A stretch of DNA of 64,000 bases, from assembly GCA_965263295.1 (NCBI GenBank), contig OZ253665.1, positions 1,984,001 to 2,048,000 on the forward strand. The letters are read 5' to 3'. Source of the stretch: Spirochaetia bacterium (GTDB taxonomy: Bacteria > Spirochaetota > Spirochaetia > SP-2023). This document shows, piece after piece, positions 27,119 to 37,781 of the stretch. The notes under the pieces are model-generated. The model ran no database searches, was not told where the DNA came from, and saw nothing but the letters and a program-made list of their open reading frames with translations. A program made the position numbers and the translations under genes. Positions within the stretch are counted from its first letter, which is position 1; every line of letters begins with the position of its first letter.

Positions 27119-27939
27119 CGACCGGCTCCCGCACCTCCAGTGGTGCCAATTCCCTCCCTTGAGAATGAGCCCGTGGAGAGCACATACAAAATATCGCGCA
27201 AACCATAGTCCAAAAGCTGGGCGATCTGATTGAGCAACAACGGCATGACTAATAGCAAAACGACAAAACCCATCGTCGTTTGGATTGGAAAACCCAGAAC
27301 CAATAGATTCATCTGCGGAGCTGCCTTGGCCATCAACCCCAAAGTAATTGAAACGATCATTATCGTGCCTACGATAGGCAAGGCAAGAAATAGAGCCTGC
27401 TCCAGTAAAAAGCTCACTATGTAAATGCTAACATCCAGTAAATCCTGGTGCGCGAGCAGCAAAGTTTTAGCCGTCGGTAAGACTGTAAACCCTTGCGCTA
27501 GCACCCGCAACAAAAAAGTCTGCAGTGGGCCGACGCTCAAAAATACCAGCAAGGCAATGATATCCATGTACTGCGATAACAATGGCTGCTCGGAATTTAT
27601 GAGGGGATCAAAAATCTGCGCGGCGGAAAAAGCCATCTGCACCGAAAATACCTCGCCTGCAGTTCTGAAAATGGCAAACAGAGCCTGAACCAACAGACCA
27701 ATCAGTAGACCTAGCATAATTTCGGCCAACATGGAAAAAATAAAATCGCCTCCGGTGAGGCTGGGCTCAACCGGGTAATTATGCACCAACGGCATTACCG
27801 CCATGGCGACAAAAAAAATCAGACCTCCGCGAGCCATGGGTGGAATAGCAGTTGCCGAGAGGAAGGGCATAAGCGACATCATCGCACTAATGCGGGCAAA
27901 GATCAGGAAGTAAACCTGCAACTGCGTTTCAAAGTACAT
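27115..27939 (-). CDS. fliR: Flagellar export protein FliR
   Basis: Hydrophobic; KAAPQMNLLVLGFP. Confidence 0.95.
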   Translation of the reverse strand: MYFETQLQVYFLIFARISAMMSLMPFLSATAIPPMARGGLIFFVAMAVMPLVHNYPVEPSLTGGDFIFSMLAEIMLGLLIGLLVQALFAIFRTAGEVFSVQMAFSAAQIFDPLINSEQPLLSQYMDIIALLVFLSVGPLQTFLLRVLAQGFTVLPTAKTLLLAHQDLLDVSIYIVSFLLEQALFLALPIVGTIMIVSITLGLMAKAAPQMNLLVLGFPIQTTMGFVVLLLVMPLLLNQIAQLLDYGLRDILYVLSTGSFSREGIGTTGGAGAGR

Positions 27940-27965
27940 CCGCTATCAGTCCCGGATATCAAGAA

Positions 27966-28250
27966 TCAACTGGCATTGACGACTTGCGGCACCATTTCCA
28001 GCAGGCGAACAGTATAATTGGCCAAAGTGTTGAGCATCCAGCTACCCAGCAAAGCCAACACCGCAAGTACCGCAAGAATCTTGGGTACAAATGTCAAAGT
28101 CTGGTCCTGGATGGATGTCGTCGCTTGGAAAATTGAGATTAACAACCCGACCACCACGGCTACAAGCAAAACCGGGCCAGCGATCAACAACACCTGCAAA
28201 ATTCCGCCCTGCAGGATTTGGGTAATAAGGGCATTTGCGTCCGCATTCAT
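27966..28250 (-). CDS. fliQ: Flagellar export protein FliQ
   Basis: GLLISIFQATTSIQDQTLTFVPK. Confidence 0.97.
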   Translation of the reverse strand: MNADANALITQILQGGILQVLLIAGPVLLVAVVVGLLISIFQATTSIQDQTLTFVPKILAVLAVLALLGSWMLNTLANYTVRLLEMVPQVVNAS

Positions 28251-29239
28251 CAGTTAAACCCTCCCATATTCTGTTGTATCGAAAGTATCACCTGGCGGGC
28301 AATCAGGTTCCAGCCGTCAACCATTACGAACAGCAAGAGTTTAAACGGTGTCGAAATCATGACGGGCGGCAACATGATCATACCCATCGACATCAGGATT
28401 GCCGAGACGACCATATCAATGATGATAAACGGGATGTAAATTAATACACCTATTCGGAAAGCCACCGTCAATTCATGCAGCACATATGAAGGCACTAACA
28501 CTTGCAGCGGAATATCTGCCAGAGTCTTTGGCTGCGGCAACTGTGAAGTCTGAAGAAATAACTCCAGTGAACGCGTGTCTCCAGCGAGCTGCTGGAACAT
28601 GAACTGCTTGAGCGGTGCCCGGGTACGCAAATATAATTCCTGCAGGTCAATCTGGCCGTCACTGAAAGGTACAAAGGCGTTGTTGTAAATCAGCGACAAC
28701 ACCGGCCACATTACGAACGCCGTCATAAACAAGGCTATCCCCATAATTACATTAGTTGGCGGGGCCTGCTGCAAAGCCATAGTTCGGCGAATAAAATCCA
28801 GTACGATGGATATCCGCAAGAAAGACGTCAACAACACAGCAAAAGTCGGGGCCAGAGTTATAATGGTTAAAAGTAACAATAACTGCAGCGACAAGGCCAC
28901 TTCGCGATTCGTTTGCGGCGCCCGGATATTTAGATCAATATAGGGCACATCAGGTAGCTGCAGTAGAGGCCCAACCCTACCGTTATCTGGCTGACGGCCA
29001 AGCTCACCGAGAGCTTGAGCCGTTAGATCCTCTCCCGTCGCCGTGCCGCGCTGGGCATCGCTGAGCTGAGCAGCCGCACGGCCAGCCAGCGAGCTAAAGC
29101 CTATAAAAGCCAAAGCCATTACCAGGCCCAGGCGCAACAACTTCAACTGCCAACGCCGCCAGGCCTCACGCTCGGTCTGAGCCTGGAGCGGTGAACGGCC
29201 ACCCACTGAAAAAAAATAAGAATCGGGCAGAGGCATCAC
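28250..29239 (-). CDS. fliP: Flagellar export protein FliP
   Basis: TSFLRI, QQAPP, MSMGMIMLPP, PFKLLLFVMVDGW. Confidence 0.96.
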   Translation of the reverse strand: MMPLPDSYFFSVGGRSPLQAQTEREAWRRWQLKLLRLGLVMALAFIGFSSLAGRAAAQLSDAQRGTATGEDLTAQALGELGRQPDNGRVGPLLQLPDVPYIDLNIRAPQTNREVALSLQLLLLLTIITLAPTFAVLLTSFLRISIVLDFIRRTMALQQAPPTNVIMGIALFMTAFVMWPVLSLIYNNAFVPFSDGQIDLQELYLRTRAPLKQFMFQQLAGDTRSLELFLQTSQLPQPKTLADIPLQVLVPSYVLHELTVAFRIGVLIYIPFIIIDMVVSAILMSMGMIMLPPVMISTPFKLLLFVMVDGWNLIARQVILSIQQNMGGFN

Positions 29240-30141
29240 AATTCGTCCTTCTTCAAGCGCCGAGTTGCGGAACGTAAACGCTCACGATAATCGCGAGTAT
29301 GCGGAAAAGAGATCCCCAGCCCTTCGGTTGTTTCATCTGGCGACTCAGGGCTCTTCTCCTGCGAAACTTCCTCTGCAGGGGAAGCAAAGTTTGAGCCACG
29401 GCGCAGGCGCTCGCGCAACAGCTTGACAAAGTCTAGGGCCACGCCGCCACCCTGACTTAACAAAGTCCCCGACCTGGTGCGCGGATCCTGCGTTGCCTCC
29501 AGAATGATCCGATCCTTAACTTCTGGCTCAGTATAGTGATCGAGCAACTGGACTCCATTGGGACCAGAGCCCAGCAGGTAACATTCGCCCCCCACTTCGA
29601 CCACATGCAACATGCGATCACCGTGCAGAACTTGACTACTCAAAACCTGAATGCCACTACCCAAACCAGACAGTTGTGGTTTTTGCAGGGACAGACGACG
29701 TAAAAATCTCAATGTAAAATAAATTAATACAACCAGGAAGCCCAATATTAAAAAGACGCGCAAATACAGCGAAGCAGAAACGAGCCCACTGCCGTCAGCA
29801 CTCCGATCTGCGCTTGAAGCGCCAGATTCAGGTGCTGCGATTTGCCCGTTCGCTTGCGTCTGCTCCTGCGTTCCAAGCTGAACTTGTATATCACTTTCGC
29901 GCAGTATTTCAGCCGGGCTGGCCTGGACTTGCGTTACAGCCTCCACAGAATCAGCAGCAGGTTCCTGAGCGCCGATATAACCCCTTAGACCGTGGCCATA
30001 GAGCCCCAGCCAGTACAAACAGAGAAAAAATAAGACCAATCTCAGAGTTAAAACGTAGAAAGTCTCTAAATGTATTTTCTTTACAACTGCCGCGCCCATC
30101 ATACCCACAGAAATCACTGAAAAATAAGGCAAATTATACAA
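29236..30141 (-). CDS. fliO: Flagellar protein FliO/FliZ (start uncertain)
   Basis: Lies between fliY and fliP; TM helix followed by LHVVEVGGECYLLG. Confidence 0.8.
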   Translation of the reverse strand: MYNLPYFSVISVGMMGAAVVKKIHLETFYVLTLRLVLFFLCLYWLGLYGHGLRGYIGAQEPAADSVEAVTQVQASPAEILRESDIQVQLGTQEQTQANGQIAAPESGASSADRSADGSGLVSASLYLRVFLILGFLVVLIYFTLRFLRRLSLQKPQLSGLGSGIQVLSSQVLHGDRMLHVVEVGGECYLLGSGPNGVQLLDHYTEPEVKDRIILEATQDPRTRSGTLLSQGGGVALDFVKLLRERLRRGSNFASPAEEVSQEKSPESPDETTEGLGISFPHTRDYRERLRSATRRLKKDEL

Positions 30142-30179
30142 AAATAGCGCGGCAAGGCTACCGGCTTGCCGCGCTATTT
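30142..30179 (-). terminator. Intra-operon intrinsic terminator-like hairpin after fliY
   Basis: 15-bp perfect stem AAATAGCGCGGCAAG-N8-CTTGCCGCGCTATTT; T tract on the minus strand. Confidence 0.75.
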
Positions 30180-30199
30180 ATCACCGAAAGGCTTAATGA

Positions 30200-31168
30200 C
30201 TACATGCCCTTTTGCATCATCTGTTCAAGAGATGTAATGATTTCAGTGATGCGAACCGAAAAATTTTCATCCACAACCACGACCTCGCCACGCGCTATCA
30301 AGTTGTTGTTCACCAACACATCGACAGGTTCTCCCGCCTGTTTTTCCAGTTCAATAATACTGCCTTCACCGATAGTCAGCACGTCGCGTAACTGCCACTT
30401 GGTGCGCCCTAGTTCAACTTCCAAAGTTACAGGTACATCCATCAGAAGGCCGAGGTTCTGCTCTTCTTGTGGCCCGATTTCCGTAGCTCGAAAGCTTGGG
30501 AAGCTAACACCTTCCACTTTAGGAGACTCACTGCTTGGGGTGGCCGCCGGCTTTCCCGCAAGTTCCTTACTATGTAAGAATTTGCCAATACTTTCAGCCA
30601 AGTCCTGATTGATAACTTCAATGACGGAGAGAGCCTTGGTCCCATCAAAGCTAATATCATAGAGCAAAGTAAACACGGGCGGCGTTAAGGCCAGCGAATC
30701 CTTCTGAATGAGCTGGACATCTGGAGCTCCCTGAGACAGGCTTTCTTCAAACTCCTTCTCAATAAAGCTCAGCTGGGCATTGACCGCCTGCGAAAAAGCC
30801 TCGCCAATAGCCGACATTGCAGTGGCGTCCAGCTCTTCGCTCTCGACACCCATCATAGGGTTGGCAATCTGTAGCGCCTCAACTTTGTCCAGATAATAGC
30901 TGTGTAGACCGTCATAGGCCCCCGGAAAGCTGATCCGCACATCGACAAACTCATCCGCCAAACGGGCCAGCACGTCGGCGGGAGAGGTCAACAACACTTG
31001 GGGATCGCTGACCGCACACTCCTTCCCGACCAGTCCACCGAAAGCCGTGACAAAGCTCGGCATAATTCGGCGGTTGACACGCAGGAAATCTTCCAACAAC
31101 GGAGTCAGTTTATCACTCTCCGGTGTTAAGAGAGCATTAATTTCGTCTTCACTCAGATTATCACTCAT
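30200..31168 (-). CDS. fliY: Flagellar motor switch protein FliY/FliN
   Basis: N-terminal LSEDEINALL, CheC-like middle, C-terminal SpoA domain (LLMDVPVTLEVELG, ARGEVVVVDENF). Confidence 0.9.
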   Translation of the reverse strand: MSDNLSEDEINALLTPESDKLTPLLEDFLRVNRRIMPSFVTAFGGLVGKECAVSDPQVLLTSPADVLARLADEFVDVRISFPGAYDGLHSYYLDKVEALQIANPMMGVESEELDATAMSAIGEAFSQAVNAQLSFIEKEFEESLSQGAPDVQLIQKDSLALTPPVFTLLYDISFDGTKALSVIEVINQDLAESIGKFLHSKELAGKPAATPSSESPKVEGVSFPSFRATEIGPQEEQNLGLLMDVPVTLEVELGRTKWQLRDVLTIGEGSIIELEKQAGEPVDVLVNNNLIARGEVVVVDENFSVRITEIITSLEQMMQKGM

Positions 31169-32220
31169 TAGATTGAATTGCCTCCACCAATAATCAAGTC
31201 ATCCACATCAATTTCGTAAACATCAGCTGTCTTTTCAATTACCTGCACACCGATGCGCTTATTTTCCAAAACACCGACGCGGCAGTCAAACTTTGCCTTG
31301 CCGCCGATATGCAGGATCATCGGATTTTTGGCCAGCGAATCTAGCTGAATTACGTCCCCGGCTTGCAAATTCATAATTTCACGCAAGTTTAACGTGGTTC
31401 GCCCGACCTGGGCAACCAGGCTTAATTCGACTTTACTCAAGCGTTCTTCTACTTGAGTCAGATTTTCCGGCGAAGTCTGGCGATTGCGCGAAGCATACCA
31501 AAATTGTGAAGACAACTTGCTGATAATCGGCTCTAAAGTCATATACGGAATACAAAAATTAATAATGCCCTCCGTCTTATCAATTGCGGCCTCCAGAGTA
31601 ATCAACAGCACCATTTCACCAGGGGCCACTATTTGCACAAACTGTGGGTTCGTCTCTATATGACTCAGGCGCGGACGCAAGTCAATCAGCTGACTCCAAG
31701 ATTCGCGCAAGTTCCCCAAAATGCGCACCATGATCATTTCCGAAATTGAGACTTCAATGTCTGAGAGCTCTCTCGTGCGGTCCAACGTTTTTCCCGGACC
31801 ACCCAAGAGCCGGTCCAGAATAGCAAAAGTTACGGCCGGATCAATTTCTAAAATTGCCGAGCCTTTCAAAGGATCCATCTGCACCACAGCTAATGTTGTC
31901 GGGCTGGATAGCGAACGAATAAATTCATCATAAGTCAGTTCGTCCACTGCCGCCACATGCACGTTAACAATTGAGCGCAATTGTGCAGACAGCGAAGTGG
32001 TAGTCAAACGGGCAAAGGTCTCGTGCATCATTGAGACTGTGCGCATCTGTTCCTTAGAGAACTTGCTTGGGCGCTTAAAATCGTACAGTCTCACGCGCTT
32101 GCGCCGCTTTGGCTTACCCCCATTGTTCTCAGCCAAGGCCACATCTGGCGAGAGCTCCTCACCACTTGATATAGAATTCAGCAGCTCGTCTATCTCGTCC
32201 TGGGAAAGCGCTTCTGTCAT
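31168..32220 (-). CDS. fliM: Flagellar motor switch protein FliM
   Basis: LSQDEIDELL, YDFKRP.KFSKEQ, ETNPQF. Confidence 0.97.
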   Translation of the reverse strand: MTEALSQDEIDELLNSISSGEELSPDVALAENNGGKPKRRKRVRLYDFKRPSKFSKEQMRTVSMMHETFARLTTTSLSAQLRSIVNVHVAAVDELTYDEFIRSLSSPTTLAVVQMDPLKGSAILEIDPAVTFAILDRLLGGPGKTLDRTRELSDIEVSISEMIMVRILGNLRESWSQLIDLRPRLSHIETNPQFVQIVAPGEMVLLITLEAAIDKTEGIINFCIPYMTLEPIISKLSSQFWYASRNRQTSPENLTQVEERLSKVELSLVAQVGRTTLNLREIMNLQAGDVIQLDSLAKNPMILHIGGKAKFDCRVGVLENKRIGVQVIEKTADVYEIDVDDLIIGGGNSI

Positions 32221-32255
32221 GCCCTATCCTTTCTACCTAGTAAAAACTGCGAAAA

Positions 32256-32810
32256 TCAAAAATCCAAAACCTGGAAATTTGTAAACACAGCTTCTTCAAT
32301 CTTACCGTTCTGTAATAACTCGTTGACCCTGATTTTTAACTCTTCCTTGACGCGGTCCTCGTTGGTGCTACTGAGTTCGCGCGCCGTATGACTGGAGAAG
32401 TACTTGCGAAAAAAGTCTGTAAGCTGGGGCTTACGCCGCGTCAACTCTTCACTAAGGTTGGGAAACTTTTCACCGTCGTACCCCAATTCTATTTTCACGG
32501 TCACCGAACGCGGAGACGCATCCGCAGTACGGGTCCGCAAATCTGGGATCTGGTCATAGTACGTGTAAATCGGATTATTGACAGTGAATTCGTTCGAAAT
32601 CTGTGTCAGCTGCGTGTTGCGATCGCCACTGTCCAAAATTTTATTCGTAAAATAAGAAACTACCACCATGACGATAAGAAAAATTAAAGCGACCGCGACA
32701 TAGACTAAAGCCTTTACTATTAGACTACTGCCATTCTTGCGTCTCTTAAGTCCCTTTGAATCGCCAGCGCTTTCTTCGGCAACTTCTTCTACTACTTCAT
32801 CATCCGCCAT
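32256..32810 (-). CDS. fliL: Flagellar basal-body protein FliL
   Basis: Single TM helix; upstream of fliM; C-terminal LKIRVNELL..GKIEEAVFT. Confidence 0.88.
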   Translation of the reverse strand: MADDEVVEEVAEESAGDSKGLKRRKNGSSLIVKALVYVAVALIFLIVMVVVSYFTNKILDSGDRNTQLTQISNEFTVNNPIYTYYDQIPDLRTRTADASPRSVTVKIELGYDGEKFPNLSEELTRRKPQLTDFFRKYFSSHTARELSSTNEDRVKEELKIRVNELLQNGKIEEAVFTNFQVLDF

Positions 32811-33167
32811 TGATTTCCTCCCTGGTCCTTAATTGCACCAACTGCAAGCCAGTTCTTTGAAGCAAATTTTACAGGATTTCAGATACTCATAATATGAAGT
32901 TTATGACTTTTTTTCAAGCCGGAAATACTTCCCAAGTGACACGATGCACCACATAATTGACAATATTGCGACAGAACACAGCAAAACATTCGCCAAGTGC
33001 GACCCAAGCCACCTCAACATTCTCGTTGACCAAGGCTAAAACTTAAGTTATTTCTACGAGCAGTGCCTAAATTAAAAGATTTTTGAAATACGTACCTCTA
33101 TCTTTATTAAAAAGAGCGTAATTCTTGAACTTTACTAATATTAAAAATATTTGTAATATATTTACAA

Positions 33168-34907
33168 ATGTCTTATTTATTTTGGGTTTTCTTATCAGGC
33201 TTAGTTTTTCTTACACTTCTTTTAGCCTACATTTTTAACTACCTTAGAAGTAAAAGTAGTAACAATAGCCATGAAGGCCAGCCGAAAGAGCAATATGGCT
33301 CAAAAGACCTGCGAGAAATGGCCAAGTTACTCAATAGCGGCGGGACTGAGAATGCCCGCTTGGTTATTGGGCAACTAAGTGGGCGTAAGCTAAAAGGTCG
33401 CGAGACAGCCGATCTCCTTGCTCTACGCATGCGAGCTTACTTTAAACTCAAGGAACACAACAATTCCCTAAACAGTGCCTTACAACTATCCCGCCAACCG
33501 AGCTATGGCCGCTTCTGCTCAGAAATTGAACTGATTAAGCATTTGGCCTTTAACTATGCCATATTAGGACATAATGAAAAATCCTACAACGAATACATAC
33601 TGCTGGTTCAGAAATGCCCCCAAAATATAGAATATCTTTACGGCGCCGCAAATCAAGCCTTAAAAATGAGGCAATACGAGACGGCTATTTCCTTGTTTGA
33701 AAAGGTCTTGCAAAAAGATGCAAACCATGGGGCCAGCCTTTGCAAACTAGGCCGTATTTTTTATGAAAAGAAGCTCTATACTCAGGCTTTAGACTATTTG
33801 AACCGCGCATACTACTGTAATTATGACTCAAACGAGCTCCGCTACTACCTGGCCTTAAACCTGATGCAGACCAGCGGTAGAGATATGGCAGCCCTAACCC
33901 TGCTGAGCCGCGTTTCCAAAGACCCAGCCTGGGCCAAACGAGCACTCCCACGGCTGGTTAAGCTCTCCCAAAAGATGAGAAATTATCCGAAAGTCGTGGC
34001 AGCTATTGATGAATATCGCAATCTTTTTGCCAAAGAGAGTGGCAAAAACTTTCTGAATGAGCTGACTTTGCTGCAGGCCAGTGCTTACAGGCACATGCAC
34101 CACCTAGACAAAGCCTGTAATTTATGGGCACAAATTCCCTGCGACAGTTTACACTACGCAGAAGCCCAAGAGCAATTCCTGCTATTCAAGGAATTCGTTG
34201 AACCCGGCATTTTCTATGACTACATACACGCCAAGCCCCAAGATTTTGTCAAGCTTTGTACAAAGGTCTGTGACTTTAGCATTATTGCAGAAGGGCCCAA
34301 ACGCCAGTTTTTCTTGGAAGGACATCGGTTAGAGCTTATCTCAGGAGGAGACGACAGCCCTGCAAGCATTGCAGCTGAACAGTCAGAAGCGGGGCATCTT
34401 CAAGTTGGAACCAGCCGATACGACAAAGAACCAACCATTATGGGAGCACTAGTTCTCCAACGCTTTCAGGAACGCAGGGATTCCAGTAGAGACAAAATTA
34501 ATAAACTTGCTCCTATTCTTCATTTTTATTTGCGCCTTGATCAATCTTTTAGAGAAGAGGACCTACAATACAACTTATATACGCTTGGCATTGATTTTGA
34601 AAAAGATTATGAGAGAGTCATCAATATTCACATATATGCTTTCCATCGTGTCTCTCCAGCAACATTCGCCCATAGAAACAATATAAATATAATGGTTCAT
34701 CAGCCAAAAGAATTCCAAGAAGAGCTGCTAAACTTTGGGCACAAACAACCCAGTACAGCTGCTACCCCAAACAAAGAAAATACAAACAGCAATACCCATT
34801 TGTTGGAGAATTCTAAACAGCAAGCACAAGAAAAGCTTGATCAAGCTGCTAATTCTGCCGGTTTTCAGCCAATGTCTCCGATTCAAGTCAGTAGCCAGAA
34901 CCATTAA
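33168..34907 (+). CDS. Membrane-anchored TPR-repeat protein
   Basis: N-terminal TM helix; TPR-like helices (AISLFEKVLQKD, LGRIFY...ALDYL, YYLA). Confidence 0.75.
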   Translation: MSYLFWVFLSGLVFLTLLLAYIFNYLRSKSSNNSHEGQPKEQYGSKDLREMAKLLNSGGTENARLVIGQLSGRKLKGRETADLLALRMRAYFKLKEHNNSLNSALQLSRQPSYGRFCSEIELIKHLAFNYAILGHNEKSYNEYILLVQKCPQNIEYLYGAANQALKMRQYETAISLFEKVLQKDANHGASLCKLGRIFYEKKLYTQALDYLNRAYYCNYDSNELRYYLALNLMQTSGRDMAALTLLSRVSKDPAWAKRALPRLVKLSQKMRNYPKVVAAIDEYRNLFAKESGKNFLNELTLLQASAYRHMHHLDKACNLWAQIPCDSLHYAEAQEQFLLFKEFVEPGIFYDYIHAKPQDFVKLCTKVCDFSIIAEGPKRQFFLEGHRLELISGGDDSPASIAAEQSEAGHLQVGTSRYDKEPTIMGALVLQRFQERRDSSRDKINKLAPILHFYLRLDQSFREEDLQYNLYTLGIDFEKDYERVINIHIYAFHRVSPATFAHRNNINIMVHQPKEFQEELLNFGHKQPSTAATPNKENTNSNTHLLENSKQQAQEKLDQAANSAGFQPMSPIQVSSQNH

Positions 34908-34989
34908 ACCAAAGCTAACCGGAAAAGCCCACAGGCAAACACCTCGATTGATTTTAAATCGGGGAAAAGCAAGACGAAAAAATTAAAAA

Positions 34990-35865
34990 TCACACATTAA
35001 TAAGCAATAGACTACGCTGGTGTTTACATTGTGGTAATTCAAACAAGCTATGGCAGCTTGTTCTCAGGTGCAAAGCCGCAAGCTCTTCTTCGGCCAATTG
35101 CCAGCTACCTTTATACAACAGGGCAGATCTTAGCCAAGGTACAACAGCAGATTCACCCGGCTGCAGTTGAAGCTTTACAAACACCTGACGCAACTGTTTC
35201 CAGCTCTTCCTATCCAAGGGGCGGAAGGCCCGACAAGTGACAATACGCTGTAGCAGTCCCGCGGGAATTTTCTGGGCCCACTGGAGCATATCCTGATCGG
35301 CACTACCTTGTAGTTTTGACCATTGTTCAACCGGATGTTCACAAACCGTGACGACATCGCGCAAGCCCAATTCAATCAGCATAGACCGCAAAATATTGGC
35401 CCGCCGAACGCCAGGCTCAATCAAATAGACCTGCAGAACACTTTCGTTGGGCTGCATCTGGCAATACAATTTGAGACACAGCGCAAGAGGTATACCCGGC
35501 AACCCTAGCCCACTGCCGACATCAATGATTTGCATATGGGCAGAGCAGCCCTGTTGCTCCCGTAAACGGCCCTGTGCAAGCAGCAAAATCGCGCCACTAA
35601 CACTGTCCAACAGATGCAAAGGCACAAAGTCCCGTTCATTCTGTTCACCAAGCAGGTGAAATGCCTCATGCCATTGTAACAGTATCTGCGCATATGCTTT
35701 TAGGCATTCACTCAGAAAAGGCAGCGACTCCCGCCACCAAGCAGTCAATGCATTCCAATCTCTGCCTGCAGCTACATTAGGTGGATTAATACCGACTTTC
35801 AAATGATCGGGTAATTCAGCTAGCCCTTGCCTCAACAATTGCTCTTGGCTCTGGTTCCACTCCAA
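34990..35865 (-). CDS. rsmG: 16S rRNA m7G527 methyltransferase RsmG (GidB)
   Basis: HLLDS, DVGSGLGLPGIPL, TCRAF, YKG. Confidence 0.88.
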   Translation of the reverse strand: MEWNQSQEQLLRQGLAELPDHLKVGINPPNVAAGRDWNALTAWWRESLPFLSECLKAYAQILLQWHEAFHLLGEQNERDFVPLHLLDSVSGAILLLAQGRLREQQGCSAHMQIIDVGSGLGLPGIPLALCLKLYCQMQPNESVLQVYLIEPGVRRANILRSMLIELGLRDVVTVCEHPVEQWSKLQGSADQDMLQWAQKIPAGLLQRIVTCRAFRPLDRKSWKQLRQVFVKLQLQPGESAVVPWLRSALLYKGSWQLAEEELAALHLRTSCHSLFELPQCKHQRSLLLINV

Positions 35866-35878
35866 AATATCACATCCA

Positions 35879-37018
35879 CTACAAAGGCAGACTCAAAATT
35901 AAAAAGAGGGATCCCCATACAATCATGACAAGCAAGGCTGCTATTTCGACACCGGCGCTCAACTTCTCAACTTTGCCGGCGCCTTGCGCACCACCTAAGC
36001 GCAAAGCATTTATCACCAGTGACTCTGCCCCTTTCTTGCTCCCAATCACGGCAAAACTAAGCAGAGTCATGGCTATCATGCCACCAATTGAAACCCCAAC
36101 GACCAAAAAGATCGTTATCCCAAGTATCTGATTCAACAGGCCAAACATCAACATAACAGAACAGACCGGACACGGTATCAGCCCAACTCCCAAGGCCAGG
36201 AACCAAGACGAATTGGGCGTATTTTCACTCGTCTGAGTTTCCTGATCGCACTCTGCATGCAGCTTTTTATGATGCTGATGGTTGTGTCCGGTTTCATGTG
36301 CATGATTATGCTTATGCACATGGCTGTGTCCGTGACCACAACAGTTATGGCCACCTCTCAGGTGGGATACCAAGTGCAAAACTCCCCAAATTACAATAAT
36401 GCTATAACTAATAACCGAAACGATGCTTTCGACCCAAAAACTTTGCGAAAAAGTTAAACTCAGAATCTTGTATGTCAAAAACACCACCAAGGCCGCGGAG
36501 ACACTGTCAACAATATTAATAAGGGCACTCAGCCACAGCCCTTGCTTTAAAGAAGCATTTTGTGTCATGAAGTAACTGACAGTAAACGTTTTGCCGTGCC
36601 CAGGCCCGATGACGTGAAGAAAGCCAAACACGATGGCTAATACCAAACCCAAAATGTACAAATACCAGGAATCAGACCAACGACTACGTTTAAGCTCCAG
36701 CGCTGTGCGGCTGACTTTAGCCTGCATACTGCGCTGCCATTCTCTAAACCACGGGGGCAAAACGGTTATGCGCAGCAACTTCGCACGCCAATTCAATTGT
36801 CTCGTCCCAACCTCCGCCTTACTTGAGCCAATCTGACTAGGCTGCGCTTCGACACTATCAGTTGCATTGCTGTTTGCTCCGCGTCCGCCCCGCTTAAACG
36901 GATCTTGCTGTGCGGCCAAGCTATTGCTCACAAAATAAAGAAATAGCATAAAAAATCCAGCGAGCAAATTCAAGCCAAACTGATTCAGGGCCTCACTTTT
37001 GGCTAGACGATATTTCAA
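35879..37018 (-). CDS. Nickel/cobalt transporter (NicO/RcnA-like) with His-rich loop
   Basis: HVIGPGHGK, His-rich GHGHSHVHKHNHAHETGHNHQHH, GLIPCP. Confidence 0.88.
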   Translation of the reverse strand: MKYRLAKSEALNQFGLNLLAGFFMLFLYFVSNSLAAQQDPFKRGGRGANSNATDSVEAQPSQIGSSKAEVGTRQLNWRAKLLRITVLPPWFREWQRSMQAKVSRTALELKRSRWSDSWYLYILGLVLAIVFGFLHVIGPGHGKTFTVSYFMTQNASLKQGLWLSALINIVDSVSAALVVFLTYKILSLTFSQSFWVESIVSVISYSIIVIWGVLHLVSHLRGGHNCCGHGHSHVHKHNHAHETGHNHQHHKKLHAECDQETQTSENTPNSSWFLALGVGLIPCPVCSVMLMFGLLNQILGITIFLVVGVSIGGMIAMTLLSFAVIGSKKGAESLVINALRLGGAQGAGKVEKLSAGVEIAALLVMIVWGSLFLILSLPL

Positions 37019-37046
37019 ATTCCTTACCTCCCGTTTGAAATTACTA

Positions 37047-37781
37047 TCAAGAACTTTTCACGCTGACAGCTCTTACTGGATAGGGCCCCCATATCAAATT
37101 CTGTACTGTAAATTCTTTACTGCTAAAATGCACTCCAGCAGCGCTGAGCCCGGGCTTCAGCAAAGAATCAAAGGCTATATAGTATTCCTGATCTTCCAGA
37201 TAAACTATGTATTCTTGCCCCGCTCCGAGTGGAAGCCCTTTTCCTTCATGTTCCGGAAATGGGACAAAGAACTTATAAATAATCTTGCCATCCTCGATGG
37301 AAGCATGGAAATCCTTTGCTGTCCCCAAGGATAAATTTTGTCGTTTACCGGCTCCCACTTTTTTCACAAACAGGAAGTAATTAATCTCTTTCAGGTGTAC
37401 AAAAGCCTGCTCATAAACAGGATTTTGTTCCTCTGGGTCTAATTTACCATTTTTATTGCGATCAAAATCAAAAATCAGCATGGAGCTGTAAATCTGATCA
37501 AAGCTCCAGCGAACCTCCGTCCCATTTAAAAATGAACCATCTGACGACAAGCGCGGACTCAGTAAGCCATCAATAAAGATGTGTGGGTGTGCCATTAATT
37601 GGCCAAACCCCAACAATAGACCTAATAAAGCCCCCCAAATAATTCGACACAGCCTATTAATTTTGCCATTGTCATACATATATTTTTTTAAATTATTAAG
37701 CTTCATCATTTTGTATAAGCACCTCAAATACATAAGGAGACAGAGTCTAACTGAGAAAAATTTGACAACAAAGCAATGCAT
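37047..37781 (-). CDS. DUF1007-family periplasmic protein (start uncertain)
   Basis: Signal peptide then AHPHIFID, W.FD..YS, D..YYIAF; directly upstream of the NicO-like gene. Confidence 0.85.
   Translation of the reverse strand: MHCFVVKFFSVRLCLLMYLRCLYKMMKLNNLKKYMYDNGKINRLCRIIWGALLGLLLGFGQLMAHPHIFIDGLLSPRLSSDGSFLNGTEVRWSFDQIYSSMLIFDFDRNKNGKLDPEEQNPVYEQAFVHLKEINYFLFVKKVGAGKRQNLSLGTAKDFHASIEDGKIIYKFFVPFPEHEGKGLPLGAGQEYIVYLEDQEYYIAFDSLLKPGLSAAGVHFSSKEFTVQNLIWGPYPVRAVSVKSS

Noticed and set aside
29814..30608. 264-aa plus-strand ORF
   Set aside because: Antisense shadow of fliY/fliO with no recognisable motifs.
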